DNA of 64,000 nucleotides from the NCBI GenBank assembly GCA_964016885.1, contig OZ024752.1, forward strand, positions 40,424,001-40,488,000, written 5' to 3'. The notes below the pieces were generated by a model. That model did not search any database and was not told the DNA's origin. It was given only the letters and a program-made list of their open reading frames with translations. Below are positions 41,031-53,345 of the stretch, piece after piece. Each line of letters opens with the position of its first letter. The stretch's first letter is position 1. The position numbers and the translations under genes were made by a program. The stretch comes from Eledone cirrhosa (taxonomy: Eukaryota).

Positions 41031-41814
41031 ATTGTCGTTAGTATCTTACTGTTGTACTTACTAACTTATACTCCATTGGTGGGGGATGTAGTGTAAAATA
41101 TTGGTGCCTATTAGGTTGGTAAATTGGCAGAGTTGTTAGAACGCTGGATAGAATGCTTTGCAGTATTTGTTTCGGTTCTCTGCTCCCTAAGTTCAAATCC
41201 TGCTGATGTCAACTTTGCCTTTCATCCATTCGAGGTCAATAAAAAAAGTACCAGTCTAGTACTGGGGTTGATTCTTCCTCTATATCTCTCACTTCCAGTC
41301 TCTCACTCTATCTTTCCGTGGAAGAAATCTGCTGTATTCAGACAAAAACAGGAGATGGGCTCTGCCAGGTTTAAAAATGCCCTAGAAACGCAGTATGTCA
41401 ACACGGTGACCCTACGACTCCCCCCGGGAGTTATGGGACCATGTGAGCATACAGTCCAACAGCTTAGCTCAGGCACACAGCTCAAATTTACATTCTACAG
41501 GTTTAAAAAATGCCCTAAGAAATTCCGTATGTCAACATGGCATCCCTACAACTCCCAGGAGCCCAGGAGTTACAGCATCCATACCATTAGGTCAGCAGTA
41601 ATGATATATCTCTTACATGAATCTGTATTATTAAAAATATATTCAGTTATAGGAGGAAAGGCAGTGGTTATAAATCATATATTCTTTGCAGGTCTTCACT
41701 GAACTTGTGAGATCTATGTGGTTGATGTCTGCAGGAGTAAAATGTGGGCAGAGAATTTATTTCAGAAGCCTGCAGTTTTAGGAAGGAACACTATGATCAT
41801 TTTTACCACTATCA

Positions 41815-42450
41815 CTAACATGACCACTTTACAGGGTGAACTGGGTGGTTTTTGTTGTGTCACCAGCATGACCACCTTACAAGGGTGGACTGGATGTTTT
41901 TGTGGTGTCACCAGCATGACCACCTTACAAGGGTGGACTGGATGTTTTTGTGATGTCACTAGCATGACCACCTTTCAGGGTGAACTGGGTGGTTTTTGTT
42001 GTGTCACCAGCATGACCACCTTTCAGGGTGAACTGGGTGGTTTTTGTTGTGTCACCAGCATGACCACCTTTCAGGGTGAACTGGGGGTTTTTTGTTGTGT
42101 CACCAGCATGACCACCTTTCAGGGTGAACTGGGTGGTTTTTGTTGTGTCACCAACATGACCATCTTTCAGGGTGAACTGGGTGGTTTTTGTTGTGTCACC
42201 AACATGACCATCTTTCAGGGTGAACTGGGTGGTTTTTGTTGTGTCACTAGTATGACCACCTTTCAGGGTGGACTGGGTAGTTTTTGTTGTGTCACCAGCA
42301 TGACCATCTTTCAGGGTGAATTGAGTGATTTTTGTTGTCACCAGAATGACCACCTTACAAGGGTGGACTGGATACCTTTTGTCATGTCACCAACATGACG
42401 ACCTTACAGGGTCAACTGGGTGGTTTTTGTTGTGTCTCTAGCATAACCAC
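41815..42450. repeat. 48-bp (some 45-bp) tandem array
   Basis: Unit catgaccacctttcagggtgaactgggtggtttttgttgtgtcaccag, about 13 copies. Confidence 0.9.
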
Positions 42451-42524
42451 CTCACTGGGTGCTTTTTTGATAGAGTAAAATGTTTATTAAGAGTGTTTGT
42501 TGGATAAGATACATATTAGGATGC

Positions 42525-42712
42525 AGTTTAGAGACATTATATCTGATAGTTCAGTTTAGGGACATTACATCTCATAGTTCAGTTTGGGGACATTACATCT
42601 CATAGTTCAGTTTAGAGACATTACATCTGATAGTTTAGTTTAGGGACATTATATCTGATAGTTTTGTTTAGGGACATTAGATCTGATAGTTTAGTTTAGG
42701 GACATTACATCT
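42525..42712. repeat. 28-bp minisatellite
   Basis: Unit gacattacatctgatagttcagtttagg. Confidence 0.85.
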
Positions 42713-44181
42713 CCAAGTTGAAGTATTTCAAATCATGACAGTTATTTTGAATTAAATTCATTCACTTAAAAGCTGTCTTTCTATAAATAATGTTAAAGAT
42801 TATTTATGTTTTATTTAATAAGATTTCTTTCATCTGCCACTGCATCAAAAGGGTCTGTTTGTATAACTTGCTTGCTAGAGATTTATGTTTATTCTGGTTT
42901 GTACTGTAAAACTTTCTACTGAATAGGTTCTTTGTTTAATATATATTACAGATAGGGAGGCTACAAAGAAGCAATTACTACAGCACACTAACTACAGCTG
43001 AAATACTAATGATTCATTAGATTATTAACTGTTAAATATACAGCAATTAGATTTTATAGCCTCTCTCTTATAAATGTCACTCTAGTTTTTGATAGAACTG
43101 AAAAAATATGACATACTTTGACATTTGAAAAAGTGGTGTAATCATTAATCAGGTTATATATCTTTATATTGTAAAGAAAAGTTTAATTCCCCTTAAAACG
43201 CCATTGTTGGTGGATTGGCAGTATCGGTAGGGTGTCAAGAAACCATGATTTGCAGCATAGAGTTATGGTCCTTTACGTTCTGAGTTCAAATCCCGCCGAG
43301 CTTAACTTTGCCTTTCATCCTTGTGGGGTCGATAAAATAAAGCACCAGTAATGCACTGGGGGGTAATTGCTGGACTTGTGCCTAAATTAGAAACAATTAT
43401 TAAAAAAGGTTGGGACACATAAATAATTGGTAGAGACTCAGACGACATTTTTTGTGGCAAATAATTACTTACATCCCTTTATACGTTCTGAGTTCAAATC
43501 CCACTGAAGTTAGTTTTACATTTCATCCTTATGAGGTCGATAAAATAAAGTACCAGTAATGCACTGTGGGCCAATTTAATTGACTTTCCTGGCCTTTCAC
43601 CAAAAATTGTTGGCCTTGTGTCTAAATCAGAAAGTGTTATTAGAAACAGCTGGGATATAGAAAGATCCCTCTAGCTTATAACTAAATGTTATACATATAT
43701 ATCTAATATATAACATAAGAAGCAATGTAACCCATTTATTTTTACTATAAAAAACCCAGCAAGCTATATAATAGCAGGGGTAGTATCATAAACATGACAC
43801 GATTATGAAAATTTGGGTTTATGTGTTGATTTAAAATATATACAGAGTATATCAAAATGAATCATCGCATTTTTATTTATAATTTCTTACAACTTTATAA
43901 AAATTTATACAAGTTACCACATGATTATATGGTCATTGGTTTTAAAATATATAGCCTTTTGAAATATAGCCATTTTCATACACTTTGTATTCATTACATT
44001 GAAGTTGGTTAGCAATGTACTCTGAGGTTTACTGACATGGAAAATTAGGTGATGCTAACACAACAGATGTTCAATTTGAAAATTAAAGATGTGAAGAGAA
44101 TTCTAGAAGACTTCAAGATGTTTACTTCAGATGTCGTGAGGTGAGATATATTTAGGATGAAGAAAGACAAAGACATACTTA

Positions 44182-44520
44182 TAAAGGTCGGCTGTAAAGT
44201 TCATACGCTGACTATGAAAGAATGATGCTAGGGCTGTGAAATCTTGCATGCATTAATTTCAACAATTCGTATTAACAACTGCATTGTTGCTTTCCAGGGA
44301 CAATGTTGAAAGATAAAGCCTCATTTTGGTCATTCCATGAGAGTATCTTAGTCAAACTATGAAGAAGTTATGCTAGAGCTGTGAAATCTTGCATTAATTT
44401 CAACTCATCTTATTAATAACTGTATTGTTTCTTTCCAGGGACAATGTTGAAACTTAAAGGCTCATTTTGGTCATTCCATGAGAATCTTGGTCAGCCTATG
44501 AACTTTTCAGCCGACTCTCG
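44182..44520. mobile_element. Complete mariner-like MITE
   Basis: gtcggctgtaaagttcatacgctgac ... gtcagcctatgaacttttcagccgactctcg|TA. Confidence 0.7.
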
Positions 44521-45865
44521 TATATTTACTTGATTTAGATAGAGGTACAAATTTTGTTAGAAATATTATAATAAAAGGGTTTTAATGATTTTATAGCGAT
44601 CTGAATTGATCAAATTTTAAACTAATCTGATAACAACAAGGTCTACAAATATCAGGTGAAAACAGGATTAAAATAATCAAAAAGCCCCCACAAAACCAAT
44701 TGTTTCCAAGTACAGGTGTGCCCAAATTATCAACTATGAAATATGGATGTTGTAAATGTTAGGGTTAACCCTTTAGTATTTACATTACATTCAGTGGAGA
44801 GATACTGTGCTGTATAGGACCTGTCCCTCCCTTGCAAGCAGGGAAAACTGGATGTAAAATGATGATAATGGTGATGATTACTCTGTTTACTATTGTATTT
44901 TCACAGTAAAGGCTTTATTTGACACAATTATCTCACATAACATAGAATCTACGAGATTTTAATATTATTTTTGGCAGTAACGGTAGAGGGTCGGATGCCA
45001 TGCTTTGACGTATAGAGTTACGGCCCTTGCCATTCTGAGTTCAAATCCCGCCGAGTTTAACTTTGCCTTTCATCCTTATGGGGTTGATAAAATAAAGTAC
45101 CAGTAATACACTGGGTAATTGCTGGCCTTGTGCCAAAACTAGAAACAATTATTTATTTTGAGAACAATGCCTTAACATCATGAGTATGATTGGCCAGTTA
45201 CGGCTGGTTTGAACTGGTTTGGCTGGATGGGATGTGTGGTTCAAATGCTATTGGGCTAAGGTTAGTATAAGTGAGTCATGTAAAATGACATTTTCACATT
45301 GTGTTTAACAGGCAGGAGAAATGTCAATGTCACTTAACAACTGAATTAAAGATGTGCACTATTGATGTTTCATAGTTGAATGAGGAGTTATTTATGTACC
45401 AGTTGAAACTCCTAGTGAAAATACTTGGTTATTCTACGACTTAGCCTCGCTATCACCGGCAGCAATGTTTCAAATAAGTTAGCTTACCTGAAAAATCATT
45501 GGAGTATGTCTTAACGTTCCTAAATAAGTCGTTTTCTTCTATTTGCCTTGGATATAATTTAATCCTTATCCAACAATGTTGAAGTTTCAACCATGTTTAG
45601 TAATGTACATCAGATATGAGAGTTCATTACTCAAAGTGAGGCTTAGTATTTCCTCTAACAATATTTACATACACCATAAGTTGCATGATGTATTTAATAA
45701 TCTTAGATGTTCTTTTTTAAATTCTGTAATATTGAAGAAATTGTTGATTATCTAACCCCCCCCCCCCCCAAAAAAAAAACCCACGTCTTGTGAGCTCAGT
45801 ATAGAGTATGTTAGATGGCAGCTATAGTATTACTGCAAAATTTGAATTTATATTATATATATATA

Positions 45866-45910
45866 TTCCTGATGATTTCCTTCAAATGAAACAGTTCTAG
45901 TCCTGTAGAA
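45866..45910 (+). ncRNA. Hammerhead ribozyme, family 2, with stem I truncated to 3 bp
   Basis: ttc CTGATGA tttccttcaaat GAAA cag ttctagtc ctg TA gaa; downstream flank matches the 3340-3425 family. Confidence 0.65.
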
Positions 45911-45991
45911 GCCATTTCTATATTAAATCTTGAATACACTCTATGTATTGGGTACCTTACTTACTGGTTATCCCCGATTGAACCCTGGACC

Positions 45992-46028
<37 letters not shown>

Positions 46029-47015
46029 GCATCCATGCATACATACATACATACATACATACATACATACATACATACATACATACATACATACATACAT
46101 ACATACATTCTCAACATAAGAGAAAATCAAGTTTATTCCCTCTCTATCCTTCCTCTCATTCTAACTCTCTCAACATAGGAGATACAAATCTTGAGAAGCT
46201 GGGCTTCACAGGAACAGAAAGAACACAACTAGTTAGGAAATTACAAGTACAATCCATTAATGGAACAGTAAAAATATGTAAAACATTCCAAAAATTTTGC
46301 ATCTAATAACTGCATATGCACATGTACAGATACAAAGCATATACACATGCACACATACAACTCAAAACATACACCTTCACACATACAATAACATCCATAC
46401 CTACACACACATGCATGCAGACATACATACATATCTACCTAGTTGATGTTGTGTAAATTCCAATGAGAGAGTCTTGTGTCTATGTTAGAAACCGTTTCTC
46501 TCTCTCTATTGGTAAAACTTTGTGAAATTATAAAACCAGAAGAACATACATAATACATAAATACATACATACTTACATACATACATACATACATGGTGGC
46601 TGCCAACTCGTTTTCGAGTACGGCCACTACTTTATATCCATGTAGGAGAACCCCTACCGATGCGCTGAACGAGTGTGACTTTTTAGTCCAGCCAGCGACT
46701 TGAAAACTCTGGTACAAACACTACACTTGTGACAATTATTGACACTTAGTGCTGGGCCCATGGTACCATGTGACGACAAGTGCAGAGAGATCTCCAGATA
46801 TAAAGCAATGCCTGTGCCGTGAAGCTTTTATAGTGAGCAAAGGCACTGCACAAAGCCATTCCCACTCTCTTAACCAAGATGATATTTACCAAAAAGAAGA
46901 ACAAGTCAACATCATTGGATACCATCAGGGTTGCAGGTGTTATATCAGAGTTTTCCTTCTCCATACATACATACTTACATACTTACATACATACATACAT
47001 ACATACATAAATATA

Positions 47016-47197
47016 ATTGTTTCTACTTTTGGCACAAGGCCAGCAATTATCCCAGGGTATTACTGGTACTTTATTTTATCGACCCCGTAAGGATGAAAGG
47101 CAAGGTTATCCTCGGCGGGATTTGAACTCAGTCCGTAAAGGGACGTAACTGTGCTGCAAAGCATGGCGTCCGACCCTCTACCGATACTGCCAATCCA
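47016..47197 (-). mobile_element. SINE family A
   Basis: A and B boxes plus body. Further copies at 43210-43400, 44970-45150, 49710-49800 and 59097-59288. Confidence 0.85.
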
Positions 47198-47571
47198 AAA
47201 TAAATAAATATAATGTGATTTTATAGTCCATAGCAAGATAGGTAATATTTAAATGATTCAAAAAGATTTAATTCAAATCTGTGTCAATCTTTTTTCTTAT
47301 ATATAGATCACCAGCACTAGGAGGTTATCATGTCTTTGACACATCTGGAGGCTTCTCTCAGGTAGAAACAGTTTTAGAGCTGGCCTGGGGCTAAACAACA
47401 AGAATACAATTATTATTATTATTATATATATGTGTGGGCGAGAGATTGTACATAAGCAAGACCACAGATCCATGGCCTGTCTGGGAGATCAGTAGCCCCA
47501 CTTCAATACTGACTTGGTCTATTACCTGGACATTTGTAGCCCATGCTGAGGAAACAATTTCTATTTGTAAT

Positions 47572-47747
47572 AAAATAGAAATAAAAGCTTTCGCCGTATT
47601 TTTGACTAAAGAAATTTTAGCCTGATAGTGGGGTTTAACCCTCTAAGAAATGGAAAAAGATGTCAATTTATTAGAGGGTTCTAAACCCCTCTATTGGGCT
47701 AAAATTTCTTTAGTCAAATATATGGCAAAAGCTTCTATTTCTATTTT
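47572..47747. repeat. Imperfect palindrome (~80-bp arms)
   Basis: aaaatagaaataaaagcttt...ttgactaaagaaattttagcc pairs with ggctaaaatttctttagtcaa...aaagcttctatttctatttt. A single arm recurs at 60560-60680. Confidence 0.75.
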
Positions 47748-47782
47748 CAAACTCGCTCGCTGTTTCAAAAACAAACTTATTA

Positions 47783-48404
47783 TCTATATATGTAAAACTG
47801 AGGATGTCTGTCTGTGTGTGTGTCTGTGAGTTTGAATCTCTAAATCTCGAGAAGTACCCAACTGATTTTTTTCAAACTTTACATGTGTATTATGTTTCAG
47901 GTAGTGTTATGCACATAAAACAATTCAACTTTTTGATCCCCTCGGGCCCGCATTAGGTGAAAAACTGCATTTTTTTCCAGCTTTTTAGGGTTTTTTTGAG
48001 GTGTTACGTCAGACCGATTTCCTTGAAATTGTAACTATGTATTAGTTAGTCTCTTCTTCATACCGTGAGCAAAGAAAATCCAACTTTTTCATGGCCTAGG
48101 GCCTGCATTAGGTGAACAACTTCATTTTTTTCAGCTTTTTAGGGCTTTTACGTCTAGCCGATTTTCCCGAAATTTCAAGGCATAAAAAAAATTCATTTTC
48201 TTGATCTCCTAGGGCCCACATTAGGTGAAAACCTGCATTTTTCCTGCTTCATCGAGGAAAATCTTAAAGATTATCCAGCCATCAGAGTATTCGGTTTATT
48301 TTCTTTACATATTGTCCAGGCATGCAGTTTTTCCACGATTAGGTCTGTTGGCTGCCCGCGTTCCAAAATACCTTATCCCATGCAACGCCGGATACCACTG
48401 CTAG
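47783..48404 (+). mobile_element. Non-autonomous Helitron-like element
   Basis: Inserted between A and T; starts TC; subterminal (GTCT)/(GT) microsatellite; internal repeats; tatcc...ggata hairpin shortly before the terminal CTAG. Confidence 0.7.
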
Positions 48405-49051
48405 TTTGTTATATTTGTAACTAAAATCGTTCTGTTAGGATAAATTTTATTTTGTAAATCTTCACTTGGGCCAAGTGTAAAGAATATGGGTTGTTGTTTA
48501 CGATTGAATCTACCATGGAATTTTATTTATAGACTGAATTTTCAGGGTAAAACATTTTGTAGAATATATGTACTTGTTTAACTTAACCTGTGACATACAT
48601 AGTTCAGTTGAACCTTCAAATGTTGTTTTTGCAACTAATGGAGATATCAAAGATCAACTCTTTTGATATAACAGTAATGATGTCAAACAGTGTGAGATAT
48701 GTAAGAGGCTCACCTATATCTATACCATTTATTAATCTAGAAATAAACTCTTTTCTCTATTTAACAACATCAACACGCTTATTGTTTTCATTTCACACCC
48801 TTCTGCTGGGAGTATGATATTTCTTGTAATGTTTACAACTATGCACAAGAAAGAAAAATAAAATGGGAGTTTCTCTTCTTTGTTTAAAAAAAGAAAAACA
48901 TTGGTAACTAAGTGAGGTGAGGTAATTAGAAATACAGTGGAACTGGGGTTCATGAACACCTCTCATCACAGACAAATTGGTTCGCGAACAATTTTGCCAA
49001 ACATAAAACATAGTTGTATATATAAGTTGTAAATACAAGTATAGTTGTGTA

Positions 49052-49093
<42 letters not shown>

Positions 49094-49141
49094 TATATAC
49101 AGTATTAAATAAATGGAAAACTATATTTATAAAACCATATC

Positions 49142-49207
49142 TATTTCATTATATATATTTCGGGGATATCATATTAACAATATGCTATGCCTTCATCAGA
49201 CAAAATA
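49142..49207 (-). ncRNA. Type I hammerhead ribozyme, family 1
   Basis: Reverse complement: tattttgt CTGATGA agg...ccc GAAA tatata TA atgaaata, with an A-C mismatch at the base of stem II. Confidence 0.72.
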
Positions 49208-49315
49208 CAATATAAACAGTTTTATAGATAAATATATTCGACATACCGTAATAAACATCAACTTCATTTGAAGAGGTTTACTCTAGCAGTGTATTATATT
49301 ATATATATTATATTG

Positions 49316-49381
49316 TATTTTGTCTGATGAAGGCATAGCATATTGTTAATATGATATCCCCGAAATATATATAATGAAATA
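49316..49381 (+). ncRNA. Type I hammerhead ribozyme, family 1 (inverted twin of 49142-49207)
   Basis: tattttgt CTGATGA (49324-49330) ... GAAA (49362-49365) tatata TA atgaaata. Confidence 0.72.
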
Positions 49382-49627
49382 GATATGGTTTTATAAATAT
49401 AGTTTTCCATTTATTTAATATTGTAAATATACTCCAAATATTTGTCGAGTGCTTTTATATCAGTTATAAATATTTACTAGTTGTAACCCAACAATTTTAA
49501 ATATAACTTTACATACATATATATATATATATTTATGTGTGTGTGTGTATATGTATATTATATATATATATATATATGTGTGTGTATATTATATGTATAT
49601 TATATATGTGTGTGTGTATATGTATAT

Positions 49628-49658
<31 letters not shown>

Positions 49659-49800
49659 ATATTGTATGTATATTATATATATATATGTATATTATATATT
49701 ATATATATAATTGTTTCTATGTTAGGCACAAGGCCAGCAATTACCCAGTGTATTACTGGTACTTTATTTTATCGACCCTGTAAGGATGAAAGGCAAAGTC

Positions 49801-49872
49801 ACAGGACTAGAGCTGTTTCATTTGGGAGAAATCATTGATGATTTCTCCCAAATGAAACAGTTCTAGTCCTGT
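49801..49872. repeat. Palindrome of two family 2 hammerhead 3' halves fused at the core
   Basis: acaggactagagctgtttcatttgggagaaatca-t-tgatgatttctcccaaatgaaacagttctagtcctgt. Confidence 0.85.
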
Positions 49873-50020
49873 AGAAGCCATTTCTATATTAAATATTTAC
49901 ACTCTGTTTTGTATTGAGTACCTTACTTACTGTGGTTACCCCCAATTGAACCCAGGATAAATATATATATATATATATACAATATTAAATAAATGGAAAC
50001 TATATTTATAAAACCATATT

Positions 50021-50086
50021 TATTTCATTATATATATTTCAGGGATAACATATTAACAATATGCTATGCCTTCCTCAGACAAAATA
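50021..50086 (-). ncRNA. Type I hammerhead ribozyme, family 1
   Basis: Reverse complement: tattttgt CTGAGGA agg...cct GAAA tatata TA atgaaata. Confidence 0.78.
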
Positions 50087-50369
50087 CAATATAGTTAATA
50101 TGTTATCCCTGAAATATATATAATGAAATACAATATTGTTAATATGATATCCCCGAAATATATATAATTAAATAAATATGGTTTTATAAATATAGTTTCC
50201 ATTTATTTAATATTGTAAATATACTCCAAATATTTGTCGAGTGCTTTTATATCAGTTATAAATATTTACTAGTTGTAACACAACAATTTAAATATAACTT
50301 TCCATATATATTTCGTTTCTGAATTTGTTTAGCAAGATTCTTTATCTGAAATCGTGTGTTGAAACCGAT

Positions 50370-50812
50370 ATTGTTATACTTTGGGAGGGTCATGTTGCCA
50401 ATAAGAAACACACACACCAGTTGCTTTCACTTCAATTTAATTTATTATATATTTATAAATTTACAAATTTATAAATTTCTGGTTGGTTGGTTGGTTCCAC
50501 AACCAGATAGTTGTTTATATATATATATAGTCATAGTTCTTTCGTCACACACTCTGTGACCTCTTCAGTGACTGGGGATTTCTTTCTTCGTTTCTGTGCC
50601 TTTCCTTTCTTCTATCCTACGCCATTTTGTTTGTGTGTGACGAAAGAACTATGACTATATATATATAAACAACTATCTGGTTGTGGAACCAACCAACCAA
50701 CCAGAAATTTATAAATTTGTAAATTTATAAATATATAATAAATTAAATTGAAGTGAAAGCAACTGGTGTGTGTGTTTCTTATTGGCAACATGACCCTCCC
50801 AAAGTATAACAA
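50370..50812. repeat. Inverted repeat, ~180-bp arms (50370-50551 / 50634-50812)
   Basis: ttgttatactttgggagggtcatg...ctttcgtcacaca versus tgtgtgacgaaag...catgaccctcccaaagtataacaa. Confidence 0.9.
50529..50573 (-). ncRNA. Minimal type I hammerhead ribozyme, family 4
   Basis: Reverse complement: agtca CTGAAGA g gtcaca-gagtg-tgtgac GAAA gaac TA tgact; predicted CUA cleavage; very short stem III. Confidence 0.7.
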
Positions 50813-50815
50813 TTT

Positions 50816-50879
<64 letters not shown>

Positions 50880-50977
50880 GCAATGAGAGAAAGGGACAAA
50901 GTACCACCCTGGTAAAGCACATAAAAACTACTGATGGAGGGGACTATTTTGAGTTTCTAACTCTACCTTTTAATTTG

Positions 50978-51008
<31 letters not shown>

Positions 51009-51312
51009 AGGCCGAGTGATGCAACTTCGTGCTATTAGTGGCCTTTAGACTCACCTGATTAATGAAACGATTGTTAATACTAGAAATAAAACCCTTTTTG
51101 TACAGCCGACCATGTTATTCTTCAATCTTTCACTATTATTACTCCAAGAATAACGTCCATAGGAATTCTCACGAACTCGCTATCTAACTATGGAAACCTC
51201 TTGTTGAGTCAAACAATGCTGTACCCTAAAACTATCCCTAGTACAGAGTACTCACAACCTCTAACTGGATTACCTAAAACGATAACTTGTTATCCCATAT
51301 ATATATATATAT

Positions 51313-51437
51313 ATAGGAACGAGTAGGACCCCGACGGCTGAGCTCAAGCCGTTTCGACGGCTAATTCTGGTCTAAATTAGTCAGAATTAGTCCAGAAACG
51401 GCTTGAGCTCAGCCGTCGGGGTCCTACTCGTTCCTAT
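51313..51437. repeat. Palindrome of two hammerhead-like 3' halves (family 5) lacking CUGANGA
   Basis: GAAA cggc ttgagctca gccg TC ggggtc is present on both strands; arms ataggaacgagtaggaccccg and cggggtcctactcgttcctat. Confidence 0.75.
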
Positions 51438-51513
51438 TACCCACTCTACTACCCTAAGTATTGAGTACTCTGGTGCGTTATGGTCCACCTGGTTCCTTAC
51501 CACATTTCCTTCG

Positions 51514-51556
<43 letters not shown>

Positions 51557-51625
51557 TATCCAGGGTTCAATTGGGGGTAACCACAGTAAGTAAGGTACTC
51601 AATGCAAAGCAGAGTGTAAATATTT

Positions 51626-51733
51626 AATATAGAAATGGCTTCTACAGGACTAGAACTGTTTCATTTGGGAGAAATCATCAATGATTTCTCCCAAATGAAA
51701 CAGCTCTAGTCCTGTAGAAGCCATTTCTATATT
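51626..51733. repeat. Palindrome of family 2 hammerhead halves (reverse complement of the 49801 copy)
   Basis: The junction atcatcaatgat is the exact reverse complement of atcattgatgat at about 49831. Confidence 0.85.
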
Positions 51734-51769
51734 ATATTATATTATATATATATATAATATACATATATC

Positions 51770-52036
51770 ATTCATTTCATTTCATTTCATTTTACGTCCG
51801 CTTTTCCCTGCTTGCAAGGGTGGGACGGGAACTGATTCTGGCTTGATTTCTACAGCTGGATGCCCTTCCTAACACCAACCTCATTTACAGTGAGTGGTGG
51901 GTGCTTTTTTGCCGTGGCACCTCCACGACCACTTTGCAGTGGAATGACAGGGACCTCAGTCCCTATCATCTCATTTCTACAGCTGAGTAAACTGGAGCAA
52001 TGTGAAATAAAGTGTCTTGCTGAAGGAAACAACACA
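51770..52036 (-). mobile_element. SINE family B, 5'-truncated, (TTTCA)n tail
   Basis: Family B body. Confidence 0.85.
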
Positions 52037-52046
52037 TATATATATA

Positions 52047-52096
<50 letters not shown>

Positions 52097-52570
52097 CTTT
52101 GTTTGGCTGGAGACTCTTTCTATCACCAACCACATTACAGACTGTACTGGGTACGTTTATAGTGTAGATCACCAACTTTAGGGAGGCTGTCATATCCTCG
52201 ACATGACTGAAGGGTCCTCTCAGCCCTTTGTTTGACCAACACTCTACTGTGGATGTCCTTTATACCACCAACCTCTTTACAGCGTGTAGGAGTAGATCAC
52301 CAACTTTAGGGAGGCTGTCATATCCTTGACATGACTGAAGGGTCCTCTCAGCCCTTTGTTTGACCAACACTCTACTGTGGATGTCCTTTATACCACCAAC
52401 CTCTTTACAGCGTGTAGGAGGTGTAGGAGGAGGAGGAGGGGGGGGGGGGGGGGCTGTGTTTATCATGTAGATCACCAGCACTAGGGAGGTTATCATGTCT
52501 TTGACACATCTGGAGGCTTCTCTCAGGTCGAAACAGTTTTAGAGCTGTCCTGGGGCTAAACAGCAAGAAT

Positions 52571-52630
<60 letters not shown>

Positions 52631-53170
52631 GCAACAACAATAACAAATATATCATTCTCTTGAAGCCAACCACATGTAGTCTCTTTGGACTGGAAAGATT
52701 ATTCTCAGATTAGGCTTAGGGTTTTAATCAGTAATTCTAAATTTATGAGTGAAGCAAATATCAAAACATTTCTGTTTGATTCATATGACCTTTGATTAGC
52801 TTCAGGCAGTGTGTTAAACTACAATGACCTCAGAGAGAGAGAGAGAAACCTTTTGAGTATAATAGAAAGACCTGAAATATATAATCTTTCCATCAGCTAC
52901 CTTCTCCCTATCTATCTCTAGCTAACTCTCTTTCTTTCTCTCTTTGTGGCTTTCAGTATTTTAACAATAGAACCCACAAGTGGTGAGGTTTTGTTAAATT
53001 TCTATGTCAGGTTGATGCCTAGGCGGGGGGGGGGGGGGCTTATAGTGTTGAAAACTAGGTGAGAATCTACTTCCAGTGTGTGTGTTTGTGTGGGGTGTAT
53101 ATATATATATATATATATATGTTTTACTACCAGGGAAAACAGTATATATACTATGACTACATCACATCTC

Positions 53171-53216
<46 letters not shown>

Positions 53217-53220
<4 letters not shown>

Positions 53221-53345
53221 AACCAGTAAGACCCCGATGGCTGAGCTCAAGCCGTTTCGACGGCTAATTCTGAACGGCTAATTCAGTACAGAATTAGCCG
53301 TCGAAACAGCTTGAGCTCATCCGTCAGGGTCTTACTGGTTCCTAT
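53217..53345. repeat. Second family 5 palindrome of hammerhead-like halves
   Basis: taggaaccagtaagacccc ... gggtcttactggttccta; right flank matches 51455-51515. Confidence 0.75.

Noticed and set aside
46594-46680. HDV-like ribozyme
   Set aside because: A P1-like helix with a G-U start exists, but P3, L3 and the P1.1 CC/GG pairing do not fit.
47605-47655. ctgatag...gaaa in the palindrome
   Set aside because: The core does not match CUGANGA and there is no NUH or stem I.
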